From: Candidatus Multivorans sp.
GTDB taxonomy: Bacteria > Acidobacteriota > Thermoanaerobaculia > Multivoradales > Multivoraceae
Reading direction: 5' to 3'
NCBI GenBank assembly: GCA_965247095.1
Contig: OZ251997.1
Span: forward strand, 3,488,001-3,552,000
DNA: 64,000 nucleotides
Of the stretch, positions 10,956 to 20,842 are shown one piece after another. Numbering within the stretch: position 1 is the first letter of the stretch; each line of letters opens with the position of its first letter. The position numbers and the translations under genes were made by a program. The notes beneath the pieces are model-generated. The model was not told where the DNA came from and searched no databases. It saw only the letters and a list, made by a program, of their open reading frames with translations.

Positions 10956-11172
10956 CCTGCGAGTGGGATCATGCGGGCTCGGCGAAGCACGTACTCCTCG
11001 GAGTATTTGATCCGCTTGCCTTTGCGTCCGGGGACCTTGAAAGCGTGGATATTCGTCGTTTCTGCGCCGATGGCGGAGCTGCGCCTGTGGAAGCCGAGTT
11101 GTACATGAAGTCGGCGGTCGAGGCTTGTCTAGTGGCGTCGCCGCCGTTGGGGACGATGGAACGGGACGGCCA

Positions 11173-13080
11173 TTACGGCGCGAAGCTCGAACGGCCGCTA
11201 ATTCCCCACTCTTCGTTCTCTTTCGTCACCAGGTACAGGGTATTGAAGGTCGAGATCACTTCGCCGGCGGCGTTGTAGCGACTGAAGGTGAGCGCCACGT
11301 TGGCGGCGTTCTCGGCGACCTGGATGGCCTCGATCTCATCCCAGGCGCTGTGGTCCCAGCCGAAGCGCTCGGCGAAGGCGTCGAAGTCCATGTTGGCGAC
11401 GAACTCTTCTTCGGTTTCGGTCACGACCACTTCGCCGCTCGCGAGGCGAAGGTGGGGGAAGTGGAGGGTCGATGCCCAGGCTTGCGGGTCGCGTGCGTTG
11501 AACGCCGTCATGTACTCCTCGACCTTGGCGATGGCGATGGCGGCGTTCGATTCCTGGAGCTCCGCCTCGACCGGTGTACCGGCGTGGAAGCGAGCTTGGA
11601 CGCCCCAGTGGCCGTCAACCTGGGTAGCGACGTAGGTGACGAGGTTGCGGTGTGTCTTGTTGCCCTCCGCATCGACCCGGGCCCAGCGACCGGCGATGTG
11701 CGCTTTGCTGTCGCCCTGGTGGATCGTCCGCAGCTCTTCGACCTCGGTTCGCTCCCAGCCGGTGGCGATGACTCTCGCGTAGTCGACGCCGGCGACGTAG
11801 TCGTCTTGGGTCTGCCAGATCCGATGCGGGCGCAGTTCGTCAAACTTCCAGCTCGACGGACGGGTGTGAGGGTAATTGAGCGAGCTCGCATAGGCGTCGG
11901 GATCGCGGGCGTTCCAGGTCTCCATGAACTTCTCGGTGGCGCGCAGACCCGGGGAGTCAGACGCCGCTGGGGCGGCTTGCACGGGCGGCTCGAGCGCCGG
12001 GGGCGCGCTTCCGGAGTTCCCCAGCGCGTCCGCCTCGAGCACGCGAGCGCCGCGCAGGATGTTCCCCATGGAGTAGTTCCCCTCGTGGCAGGCGTACTCG
12101 AAGACCCGGTCGGTCGTCGAACGCAACACGTACTCGCCGGTCCAGGGCGCTGTCCACGATGAGGGATCGTCCACCGTGAAGCGGTAGAGCACGTCGCCGT
12201 CCTCGAGCTTGGTAAAGCGCTCGACAACGTGCATCTCCGTGGAGCCGCCACGGAGAAACGCCTCGGGATGGAAGTTCGTGGTGTCGACGACCAACGTGTC
12301 GCCCTCCCACCACCCGATCGAATCGCCGGTCCACTTCTTGATCTCTGACGGCAGATGCGCCACGGCGCGCCCCTCGGACTTCATCCGCACCACCCGCGCC
12401 TCGTGGACCATCTCGATCAGGATCATGACGTGGTCCTCGGTCTGGACGATGGTCTTGTAGTTGTTGTACCCGCTGGGGAGCGTCGGCGTGGCGCCGGTGA
12501 ACCCCACGATGCAACGCTCCTGGGCCAGCAGCGACTCCGGACCATCGAAGGGCCCGGGCTCGTCGCTGTCGAGCCAGAATGCTGTGCCGTCGTTGTCGCC
12601 GCGCACGATGTTGGCTTCGAACGCGGCCTTACGCTTGGCCGCGCTCTCGGTCATCGGTGGAAAACGACCGTTCGGTGGATCGATCAGAATCGAAGTACGA
12701 AACCTGCCGTCCACCGCGAAGGCCTCGGTGCCCGGGTCGAGCCAGAAGAAGTTGTAGCCGCCGACGTTGCCAGCACCGCCGTCCGATCCGTCGCCACCCT
12801 CGGGCGGCGCCTCGCGATCCGGATCGCTGGCCTGGGATGTCTCCTCGATTCGCGCAGCCATGTTGCCCTCGGTCCGCGCGGCCTCCTCCCTGCTGAGATA
12901 GAGGTTGTCGCCGAAGCGTTCGGGGCGCTGGAGCGGGGTCACGGTCGCGGCGTTGTAGTTACCCGTGAGATCGGGACGGCCACTGGCCGTGCGCGGCACC
13001 CCGTCGCCGGCGGCGGCGATTCCGGGATTGAGGCCGAGCGTGAGCGCGACGATCGACAGGGATCGGATGACTCTCTTCAA
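11173..13080 (-). CDS. Secreted hypothetical protein: EYACHEGN-type N-domain fused to two NTF2/SnoaL-like repeats
   Basis: Signal peptide; N-part aligns with 18298-19332; C-part has two repeats F/YMxxW/FNARDPxAY/WASxLxY/FPH. Confidence 0.8.
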   Translation of the reverse strand: MKRVIRSLSIVALTLGLNPGIAAAGDGVPRTASGRPDLTGNYNAATVTPLQRPERFGDNLYLSREEAARTEGNMAARIEETSQASDPDREAPPEGGDGSDGGAGNVGGYNFFWLDPGTEAFAVDGRFRTSILIDPPNGRFPPMTESAAKRKAAFEANIVRGDNDGTAFWLDSDEPGPFDGPESLLAQERCIVGFTGATPTLPSGYNNYKTIVQTEDHVMILIEMVHEARVVRMKSEGRAVAHLPSEIKKWTGDSIGWWEGDTLVVDTTNFHPEAFLRGGSTEMHVVERFTKLEDGDVLYRFTVDDPSSWTAPWTGEYVLRSTTDRVFEYACHEGNYSMGNILRGARVLEADALGNSGSAPPALEPPVQAAPAASDSPGLRATEKFMETWNARDPDAYASSLNYPHTRPSSWKFDELRPHRIWQTQDDYVAGVDYARVIATGWERTEVEELRTIHQGDSKAHIAGRWARVDAEGNKTHRNLVTYVATQVDGHWGVQARFHAGTPVEAELQESNAAIAIAKVEEYMTAFNARDPQAWASTLHFPHLRLASGEVVVTETEEEFVANMDFDAFAERFGWDHSAWDEIEAIQVAENAANVALTFSRYNAAGEVISTFNTLYLVTKENEEWGISGRSSFAP

Positions 13081-13183
13081 ACGCCTACCATGGTATCAAC
13101 CAAATCGGCGACGACCAGGCGCGCGGCGGGCCTTGAAGGCATCGAGCAGAAATTGGCACCTAGCGAAGTGCGGTAGCATGCCC

Positions 13184-13207
13184 ACCAATCCTTAGACCAA
13201 TCCTTAG
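13184..13207. repeat. 12-bp tandem repeat in divergent intergenic region
   Basis: ACCAATCCTTAG x2. Confidence 0.85.
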
Positions 13208-13245
13208 TCTGGAACTGGAGGAGAGAGCCAAATGGCAATCTCGGG

Positions 13246-15228
13246 ATGACAGTGTCGATGCGACATCGTGTTCGAACCCTGGCCTCCCTAACCCTGACCG
13301 CAAGCTGTCTGGCGACCGGCGCCGCGGGCCAGTACGGGGCCGCAGACGGTGAATGGCGAGAGTTCGGTGGCGACAAGGGATCGTCGAAGTACTCGCCGCT
13401 GAGCCAGATCGACGCCTCCAACTTCGCCCAGCTCGAGGTAGCTTGGCGCTGGGAGTCGGCGGATCTTCTCGTTGACGATAAGTCTCCCTACCCGCGACAG
13501 AAGTTTCGCTCGACGCCGCTGATGGTGAACGGGGTCGTCTATGTTCCCACCGAGCTCAGCCAGTTGGCGGCGCTCGATGCGGGCACCGGCGAGCAGCTCT
13601 GGCTCTACGATCCGAAGAGCTACGAGCGGGGCAAGCCGGCACTGCCCGACTACTACACGCGCTCAGTCGTCTACTGGACGGACGGAGCGATCGAGCGCAT
13701 CATCATGGCGACGATCGGCAAACAGCTGGTTTCGATCGACGCTCGAACCGGGCGACCCGATCGTGCCTTCGGCGAGGACGGAATCGTCGATCTGTCGCGC
13801 GATCTGGGGCGCGAGAACGTCGCGGTGCGCAACATCAGTCACGGTGTGCCGGCGATCTTGGTTCGCGACACCCTTGTCCTGGGGTCGAGGATCTTCGATC
13901 TGCCGCCGCGCGACAACAGCCCCCCGGGGCATATCCGTGCCTACGACGTGCGGACAGGCGAGCTCAAATGGCGCTTTCACACCATTCCGCAGGAAGGAGA
14001 GGATTTCGTCGAGACTTGGGAGGCCGGGGCTTGGCGAACGGCGGGCAACACCAACGCCTGGGCACCGCTGAGTGCCGACGAGGAGCTCGGCTACGTCTAC
14101 GTCGCAACCTCGACCCCGACCAACGACTTTTACGGCGGCCATCGTCATGGGGACAATGTCTACGCCGAGAGCTTGATCTGCATCGATGTCACCACCGGTA
14201 AGCGCGTCTGGCACTTCCAGACCGTGCATCACGGGATCTGGGACTACGACATCGCGTCGGCGCCGAACCTGATCGATGTGGTGGTCGAGGGCCGCCTGGT
14301 CAAGGCGGTGGCCCAGGTATCGAAGACGGCCTTCACCTATGTCTTCGACCGTGCCACCGGCGAGCCGATATGGCCGATCGAAGAGCGGCCGGTCAATCAC
14401 GACTCTCCGATTCCCGGGGAGAAGCTGTCACCGACACAGCCCTTTCCGACCAAGCCGCCGGCCTTCGACCGCCAAGGGGTCGTGCTCGACGATCTCATCG
14501 ACTTCACTCCGGAGCTCCATCGAGAGGCTCTCGAGATCGCCGAGGATTACGTGCTTGGACCGATGTTCACGCCGGTCATCGTCAGCGGCGAGAAGGGCAA
14601 GATCGCGGTGGCGGCCGTGCCCAGCGCCGCCGGCGGCGCCAACCATCCGGGCGCTTCGATCGATCCCGATACCGGTTTTCTCTATGTCCCTTCGGTGACG
14701 CTCATCTCGTCGATGGCGGTAGTGAAGCCGGATCCCGCGCGCTCCGACTGGCGCTACGTCCTCGACTCTTTCCGTGGCGTTCCCGGCCCTCAGGGGCTAC
14801 CGCTGGTGAAGCCGCCTTACGGCCGCATCACCGCCATCGATCTCCGGATCGGAGAGCACGCTTGGCAGATCCCCTTCGGTGAAGGGCCGCGGCGGCATCC
14901 GGCAATCAGCCATCTCGACCTCGGCCCGCTGGGTCAGAACCGGGTTGCCAACGAAGGCGGCCTCCTGGTGACCAAGACTCTCCTTATCGGTTACTTCCAC
15001 AAGATGGATGACCGTGGGAAGGAGCTCATCGGCGGCACCGTCCTCCAGGCCTACGACAAGGCCACCGGCGAGCTCCTGGCCGAACTCGAGCTCGACGCCA
15101 CGTTGCACAGTGCGCCGATGACCTATCTGCACCAGGGCCGCCAGTACATCGTCATTGCCGGTGGTGACGCCAAGGGAAGGGAGAGTCCGGTCGAGCAGGC
15201 GCAGCTGCTCGCGCTGGCGCTCCCCTAG
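13246..15228 (+). CDS. PQQ-dependent dehydrogenase, glucose/quinate type, secreted
   Basis: WREFGGDKGSSKYSPLSQI, HFQTVHHGIWDYD, SPTQPFPTKP, PMTYLHQGRQYI. Confidence 0.92.
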   Translation: MTVSMRHRVRTLASLTLTASCLATGAAGQYGAADGEWREFGGDKGSSKYSPLSQIDASNFAQLEVAWRWESADLLVDDKSPYPRQKFRSTPLMVNGVVYVPTELSQLAALDAGTGEQLWLYDPKSYERGKPALPDYYTRSVVYWTDGAIERIIMATIGKQLVSIDARTGRPDRAFGEDGIVDLSRDLGRENVAVRNISHGVPAILVRDTLVLGSRIFDLPPRDNSPPGHIRAYDVRTGELKWRFHTIPQEGEDFVETWEAGAWRTAGNTNAWAPLSADEELGYVYVATSTPTNDFYGGHRHGDNVYAESLICIDVTTGKRVWHFQTVHHGIWDYDIASAPNLIDVVVEGRLVKAVAQVSKTAFTYVFDRATGEPIWPIEERPVNHDSPIPGEKLSPTQPFPTKPPAFDRQGVVLDDLIDFTPELHREALEIAEDYVLGPMFTPVIVSGEKGKIAVAAVPSAAGGANHPGASIDPDTGFLYVPSVTLISSMAVVKPDPARSDWRYVLDSFRGVPGPQGLPLVKPPYGRITAIDLRIGEHAWQIPFGEGPRRHPAISHLDLGPLGQNRVANEGGLLVTKTLLIGYFHKMDDRGKELIGGTVLQAYDKATGELLAELELDATLHSAPMTYLHQGRQYIVIAGGDAKGRESPVEQAQLLALALP

Positions 15229-15345
15229 CGGCAGAAAGGATCCGAATAAAATGCTTTCTGGCGGCCTTCTGCTTCGCACCAATTGTCATCGGCCTGCCGA
15301 TCTCTGCCTCGGAAGAGGTCGTCGGCTCGGCACAGGAGAATCGCC

Positions 15346-16950
15346 ATGAAAGAGAACTTGACCCGCTCGGGCATCAACCTGTCACCCGTCTACGGGCCCT
15401 CCGATTCGAACGGGGACTACAGCAAGCGCTTCGGAAATCCGGGCGAGTACCCGTTTACCCGCGGAACCCGTGCCTATTCCGGGCGGGGCTGGATTCAGCG
15501 CGAGTTGTCAGGTGAGGGCGATCCCAAACGCTCGAACGAGCAGTTCAAGTACCTGATGACTCTCGGCCAGACCGGTCTCGATGTGATCGGTGACAGTCCC
15601 ACCATGTCGCTGATGGATCCCGATCATCCACTCGCGCGATATACCGTTGGCACGCAGGGCGTCTCGCTCTGTCGTCATGATGATTACCGCGAATTGCTCG
15701 ACGATATCCCGCTCGACCAGATGTCGATTTCGAGTTCCGGTCCGTCGATGTTCACGGTGGCGAGCCTCTATCTGCTCGCGAAGGAACGCGGTGTCTCGCC
15801 AGGCGTGCTCCGCGGCTCCGTGATCGAGTGGCCGTTCTATTCCGAACATTGCTCCTATGCGTACAAGATGCCCTTCGATCTCCACCTGCGGATGTCCTGC
15901 GACGTCATCGAGTTCTGCAGCAAAGAGATGCCGAGGTTCCACGGATATCTCGAAGACACCTACTTCTTCAGTGAAGCGGGCCTGAACGCAGTCGAGGAGG
16001 CGGCCCTCGGCTTTGTCGAAATCCGCCACATCGTGCGGACGCTTCTCGCACGCGGCCTCGACGTCGACAGCTTCGCCCCGCGCATCGCCATCCTCACGAA
16101 CTGCTCGATGGACTTCTACGAGGAGATCGCGAAAATTCGCGCCATGCGTCGCATCTTCGCGCGCATGATGAAAGAAGAGTTCGGCTCCAGGGACCCGCGC
16201 TCGCAGGCGGTCAACATCGCAGTGCACACCTCGGGACTTTCGCTGACGACCGAGCAGCCGGCCAACAACATCGTGCGTGGCGCGGTGCAGACGGTCGCAC
16301 TCGGACTGGCCGGGGTCAGCGCGCTCGAGATCTCGACCTTTGATGAGGGCTATCGAACCCCCAGCAAGGAGGCGCATCTGGTCGGGCTGCGCACGCAGCA
16401 GGTGATTGACCTCGAGACGAACATCAATAGCGTGCAGGATCCCTTCGGTGGATCGTGGTTCATGGAGTCGCTCACCGACGAGGTGGAGGCCAGGATTCTG
16501 GATATGGTCAACGACATCGAGGCGCGCGGCGATCCGGCCGAGCTGGTCAGCAGTGGTTACTTCAAACAGTTTTTCCACGGCACGATGGGCCGCTACCACC
16601 ACCAGGTGCGCGACGGGGAAGTGTTGAAGGTCGGAATGAATGTGCACCAGATGCCCGCGGAGCAGGACACGCTGCTGCGCGATATCAGCGAAGAGAAGAT
16701 CGAACCGCTGTTCGATCGAGTCAAGGAGATAGCGGCTTACCGCAACAAGCGCGATCAGAAACCGTTGCTGGACTCGTTTCAGCGATTGCACGACGTCGTG
16801 CAGACCGACGAGAACATGCTTGAAGCGGTGCTCGAATGCACGCTGGCCGGGGCAACCATGGGTGAGATTGCCGGCATTCTCCGTCAGGCCTGGGGCACAC
16901 CGTATGACCCCTACGGTCATCTCGAGTCGCCCATCGGAAGTGCGCCATGA
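15346..16950 (+). CDS. Adenosylcobalamin-dependent acyl-CoA mutase large subunit, divergent
   Basis: PGEYPFTRG, FAPRI, EEIAKIRAMRRI, TSGLSLT, NNIVR, DPFGGSWFMESLT; AGGAG RBS. Confidence 0.9.
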   Translation: MKENLTRSGINLSPVYGPSDSNGDYSKRFGNPGEYPFTRGTRAYSGRGWIQRELSGEGDPKRSNEQFKYLMTLGQTGLDVIGDSPTMSLMDPDHPLARYTVGTQGVSLCRHDDYRELLDDIPLDQMSISSSGPSMFTVASLYLLAKERGVSPGVLRGSVIEWPFYSEHCSYAYKMPFDLHLRMSCDVIEFCSKEMPRFHGYLEDTYFFSEAGLNAVEEAALGFVEIRHIVRTLLARGLDVDSFAPRIAILTNCSMDFYEEIAKIRAMRRIFARMMKEEFGSRDPRSQAVNIAVHTSGLSLTTEQPANNIVRGAVQTVALGLAGVSALEISTFDEGYRTPSKEAHLVGLRTQQVIDLETNINSVQDPFGGSWFMESLTDEVEARILDMVNDIEARGDPAELVSSGYFKQFFHGTMGRYHHQVRDGEVLKVGMNVHQMPAEQDTLLRDISEEKIEPLFDRVKEIAAYRNKRDQKPLLDSFQRLHDVVQTDENMLEAVLECTLAGATMGEIAGILRQAWGTPYDPYGHLESPIGSAP

Positions 16951-17351
16951 GCCCGATTCGTGTGCTGGTTGGCGTGCTGGGCATGGACCAGCACGAACTC
17001 GGCGCAGTCGGCATCGCCAGGATGCTTCGCGACCAGGGTATGGAGGTGATCTATACCGGTTGCTTCAATACCCCGGAGACCATCGTGCAGACTGCCATTG
17101 AAGAAGACGCGGATGTCATCGGCATCAGCTCTCATTCCTGGGAGTATCTGTACTACACACCCGAACTACTCGAGCTGCTGAAACAGAACGACCTCGATGT
17201 GCCCGTGGTCCTCGGTGGTTCGGTCATTACCGAGGAGGACGCCGGGAAGATGCTCGACAAGGGTGTCGCAGCAGTATTCGGATCCGGTAGCGTAGTGACC
17301 GACATGATCGATACCGTCAGAAACCTGGCGGCCAGTGCCGCGACATCCTGA
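16947..17351 (+). CDS. Cobalamin-binding small subunit of acyl-CoA mutase
   Basis: DQHELG (DxHxxG), GMEVIYTG, AIEEDADVIGISS, LGG; ATGA overlap with the large subunit. Confidence 0.92.
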   Translation: MSPIRVLVGVLGMDQHELGAVGIARMLRDQGMEVIYTGCFNTPETIVQTAIEEDADVIGISSHSWEYLYYTPELLELLKQNDLDVPVVLGGSVITEEDAGKMLDKGVAAVFGSGSVVTDMIDTVRNLAASAATS

Positions 17352-18306
17352 GCCCACAGTCGACGAACTGGTTGCCGGCACGATTCGCGGCGACCTTCGT
17401 TCGGCGTCGCGGCTCATCCGGATCATTGACGACGGCAGCGCGCTCGCGTGGGACGCGCTGAAGCGACTGTTCCCGCATTCCGGGTCGGCGCTCGTCCTTG
17501 GTATCACTGGTCCTCCCGGTGCAGGCAAGAGCACCCTTGCTGATTGCCTGATCCGAAATGCGCGGCAGTCCGGGAAGACCGTCGGCGTGCTCGCTGTCGA
17601 TCCCAGCAGCCCCATTTCCGGCGGCGCGATTCTGGGCGATCGCATTCGCATGAATCGCTTTGCGCTGGATCAGGACGTGTTTATCCGCTCGCTCGCCAGC
17701 CGGGGTCATTTTGGCGGGATCACACCCGCGACTCGCGGCGCCATACGCGTCATGGATGCGATGGGTAAGGACGTAGTTCTGGTCGAGACAGTCGGCGTCG
17801 GGCAAGACGAGGTCGACATCGCCCGCCTTGCGCACACGACGCTCGTAGTCACAGTTCCGGGGCTCGGCGACGAGATCCAGGCAATGAAGGCCGGCATCCT
17901 CGAAGTCGGCGACGTCTTTATCGTGAACAAGGCGGACCGTCCAGACGCGGACAAAACGGTCGCCTATCTCGAGAACGTCTTCCGTCGGATCCCGGCAGGT
18001 CATTGGCGCCCCCCGGTGATCGAGGCCCAGGCGTTGCACAACAAGGGCATCGAGGACATCTGGCAGGCGATCGTTCAACATCAGAACCACCGCGAGGAAG
18101 CCGGCCCGGCACAGCGCGCGCGCGAGCGCGCCAACTGCGAGGTTGAGTTAAGGGCCTTTCTTCAACAAGGGCTTCAGCGCGAACTGGCAAGACAACTCGA
18201 CAACGAGCCCGAGATCCAGAAGTCGGTGCAGAGCATCCTCGATGGACAGGCCGACATCTATGCGGCCACGGACGACATCCTCGGCAAACTCGGGTTGTTA
18301 CCTTGA
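17335..18306 (+). CDS. meaB: MeaB/ArgK-family GTPase chaperone
   Basis: GITGPPGAGKS, AVDPSSPISGGAILGDRIRM, VETVGVGQDE, NKAD. Confidence 0.93.
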   Translation: MPRHPEPTVDELVAGTIRGDLRSASRLIRIIDDGSALAWDALKRLFPHSGSALVLGITGPPGAGKSTLADCLIRNARQSGKTVGVLAVDPSSPISGGAILGDRIRMNRFALDQDVFIRSLASRGHFGGITPATRGAIRVMDAMGKDVVLVETVGVGQDEVDIARLAHTTLVVTVPGLGDEIQAMKAGILEVGDVFIVNKADRPDADKTVAYLENVFRRIPAGHWRPPVIEAQALHNKGIEDIWQAIVQHQNHREEAGPAQRARERANCEVELRAFLQQGLQRELARQLDNEPEIQKSVQSILDGQADIYAATDDILGKLGLLP

Positions 18307-19332
18307 TGCCGCCAACGCCGCCTCTTCTGCCCGCGCCCCGGCGAGGATCCCCTCCAGGCCGTAGTTGCCCTCGTGACAGGCGAACTCGAAGAGATCGTCG
18401 GGCGACTTCTTGAGCGGGATCATCACGGTCCACGGCTCCGTCCAGGTCTTTGGATCGTCGAGCGTGACCACGTACTCCAGGGTCTCGGGCCCCACCCGAG
18501 TCAGCCGTTCCACAAGCTGCAAGTTGCCGGTCGCTCCCCGGTAGCCACCGGCGTCCGAGAAGTTGCGGGTCTCGATGACCAGAGTCTCACCTTCCCAGTG
18601 ACCCCTCGAGTCGCCGTGCCAAAGCCGGACGTCCTCCGGCAGGTGGGGCCTGCCGTCGATCGGGACGACGCGCGCGTCGTGAATCATCTCCATGAGCAGG
18701 ACGACATGGTCCTCGCCCTGAAAAATCTGGGTGTAGCTGTTGTAGGCGGCGCGGAGCCGAGGTACGCCGAAGGAGATGCAGCGCTCGGTGAGGCTGCGAT
18801 CCTCCGGACCCGCTGCCGGTTGATTCCTGGCCGCACGGAACCCGGCGGCACGCTTCTCGCCTTCGTCCGTCAGGGCGGGCAGGCGGCCGTTTGGAGGGTC
18901 GACGATCAGCGACGTGCGATTGTCCCAGTCGCGCTCGGCCACCCAAAACTGGTTGTAGTTGCCTGTGGCGGCGTCCGTCGACGTGAACGACTCTGTTCCG
19001 TTCAGAGCGGCGTTGAAGACGCTGTCGCCAAACGCGGCATCGTCACTATCGAGAGCGAAGAGCGACTCCGCCGTCTGCCGGATCGCGGCCAGCTCGGCGT
19101 CGGTGAGGGTCTCCCGACCGGCTAAGGCCTCGGGCCGCTCGAGCGGAGTCGCGATGTTGTTGGCCCAGACCCCCTGGAGATCAGGCTGACCGAAGACGTT
19201 GCGCGGCGCCTTCCAGCCGCTGTCGGCGGCCGCCCCGGCTGCGGCGACGGCCGGCACGACCCCAACGATTCCTACGAGAGCCAGGGCGAACGGCAGCCGG
19301 GTCAGCGGCGTGCCTGCGCTGCGGCAAGTCAT
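18298..19332 (-). CDS. Secreted hypothetical protein, EFACHEGN family
   Basis: GQPDLQGVW, TSLIVDPPNGRLP, ERC, WEGETLVIET, FEFACHEGNY; AAGGAG RBS before ATG 19332. Confidence 0.85.
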   Translation of the reverse strand: MTCRSAGTPLTRLPFALALVGIVGVVPAVAAAGAAADSGWKAPRNVFGQPDLQGVWANNIATPLERPEALAGRETLTDAELAAIRQTAESLFALDSDDAAFGDSVFNAALNGTESFTSTDAATGNYNQFWVAERDWDNRTSLIVDPPNGRLPALTDEGEKRAAGFRAARNQPAAGPEDRSLTERCISFGVPRLRAAYNSYTQIFQGEDHVVLLMEMIHDARVVPIDGRPHLPEDVRLWHGDSRGHWEGETLVIETRNFSDAGGYRGATGNLQLVERLTRVGPETLEYVVTLDDPKTWTEPWTVMIPLKKSPDDLFEFACHEGNYGLEGILAGARAEEAALAASR

Positions 19333-19422
19333 CGCGATCTCCTTTCGCGGCCAGCTCCGGCCATGACGGTCTTTCTTCGCATCTCGCCAACCAGATCGAA
19401 CTGATAATGACACGAGAGGAGC

Positions 19423-19473
19423 CTACTTCACCACGAACTTCTGGATCCGGTTCCCCGTATTGACCTCACCCGT
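19423..19473 (-). pseudogene. C-terminal scrap resembling an NHL-repeat protein end
   Basis: TGEVNTGNRIQKFVVK* with no matching upstream coding region. Confidence 0.45.
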
Positions 19474-19538
19474 GTGGGCGCTTGTCGCGCCGACGGCCTG
19501 GGATGTCGCGACGACATCTACCTGGAGCATCCGACTTC

Positions 19539-20462
19539 CTAGTCGGCGATAACGTGCGCCAGAAAGCCGCGGATTACCTCGTAGGCCGCCCGCGTCTGCT
19601 CGGCGCTGAAACGGCCGTGGCCGCCTCCGGGGATGGTGTGCAGCTTGTTCGCGACTCCGGCTTCCTTGAGCTTTGCGTGCAGCCGGACGGCGTGGTCGTA
19701 AGGCACGTTCGGGTCGGCGTCGCCGTGAATGGTGAGGATCGGCGGCAGGTCGTCGCGCACCATGTTGAGCGGCGAGAGCTGTTTGCCGAGCTCGCTTCTG
19801 TTCGGCAGGCTTCCCATCCACGCCACTGCGTAGGTCTTGGCGTTCTCCCCCTCGACCAGGTCCGGTACGTCGGTGATGCCGTACCAATTGACGATCGCCG
19901 CGACAGGCATCTCCTCCACCACCGCGTCGGCGGAGGTGGGGGAGCGCTGCGGACACCGATTGTCGAAGCCGTCGCCGGCAGTCAGCATGCCGGTGGTCAG
20001 CGATAGATGGCCTCCTGCCGAGTGACCGGTAACGACGAGCCGATCGACGTCGAGGTCGTACTGCTCGGCGTTATTGCGGATCCATCGCAGCGCGCAGCGG
20101 CAGTCCTCTACCGCACCGGGGGCGAGAGCGACGCGGCCAAGCCGGTACTCGACGTTGACCACGGCCCACCCCATGCTGAGATAGGGCATGAGACGCATGA
20201 GGTTGCTCTCCTTCGTGCCGCTGACCCAGCCACCGCCGTGGATGTATACCAACGTCGGGGTGAGCGACGGGTCTTCTCCCTGAAGCGGCAGGATCAGGTC
20301 GAGCTTCGACTCGTAGCCGTCGGCAACCAGGTAGGTCTGGTTCGGGATCACTCGGAAGTAACTCTCGGCCTCCGCCGCCCAGTTGGCGGGAACGCTCGGC
20401 TGCGCCGTTGTACCTCCGGCCGCAAGAGCCAAGACAAGTAGTGGCAGAGAGACGCTTCGCAT
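19539..20462 (-). CDS. Secreted alpha/beta hydrolase (HSL-like esterase)
   Basis: HGGGW, GHSAGG, HGDAD, GGGHG; signal peptide; GGAGG RBS. Confidence 0.92.
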   Translation of the reverse strand: MRSVSLPLLVLALAAGGTTAQPSVPANWAAEAESYFRVIPNQTYLVADGYESKLDLILPLQGEDPSLTPTLVYIHGGGWVSGTKESNLMRLMPYLSMGWAVVNVEYRLGRVALAPGAVEDCRCALRWIRNNAEQYDLDVDRLVVTGHSAGGHLSLTTGMLTAGDGFDNRCPQRSPTSADAVVEEMPVAAIVNWYGITDVPDLVEGENAKTYAVAWMGSLPNRSELGKQLSPLNMVRDDLPPILTIHGDADPNVPYDHAVRLHAKLKEAGVANKLHTIPGGGHGRFSAEQTRAAYEVIRGFLAHVIAD

Positions 20463-20687
20463 GGGTCCTCCCTTCGCTGCTGCGGCAGCGGTTCTCGATC
20501 GTGCTTTCTACGAGAATGCGTAGCCTATACCTCTCAGGGTCAGCCTACGGCCGACGTAAGGCCGTAGCCAGCCAATATCGTGCGCGGAGTTCCAGCCCGA
20601 CTTCGCCAAGCTGGCCGAGGCCTGCGGCTGCCATGGTGAGACGGTCTTGGATCCTGGCGAGGTCGGCGACGAAGCCCTTCGGCCGAA

Positions 20688-20811
20688 GGGCTCGCCAGGC
20701 GCAACTCGCCAGCTCTCCGAGCAGCTTGCTGTCGTAGCGGCAGAAGATGCGGAGCCGTTTGGGGATCGTGAAGACGACCTGGCGGTGAGGCACGTCCTCG
20801 AGCAGCTCTTC
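20688..20811 (-). mobile_element. IS91-family (Y2) transposase fragment
   Basis: EELLEDVPHRQVVFTIPKRLRIFCRYDSKLLGELASCAW matches HRxVVFTIPxxLR; only about 40 codons remain. Confidence 0.7.
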
Positions 20812-20842
20812 ACGCGTTAGAATGGCGTCGAAACGACACTAC

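Noticed and set aside
10956-11172. Possible gene remnant between convergent genes
   Set aside because: No recognisable motif in any frame I translated
13153-13172. Sigma54 promoter from TGGCAC
   Set aside because: No TTGC at the required spacing
15229-15345. Cobalamin riboswitch before the mutase
   Set aside because: Only a weak inverted repeat and CCTGCC; core B12-box elements missing
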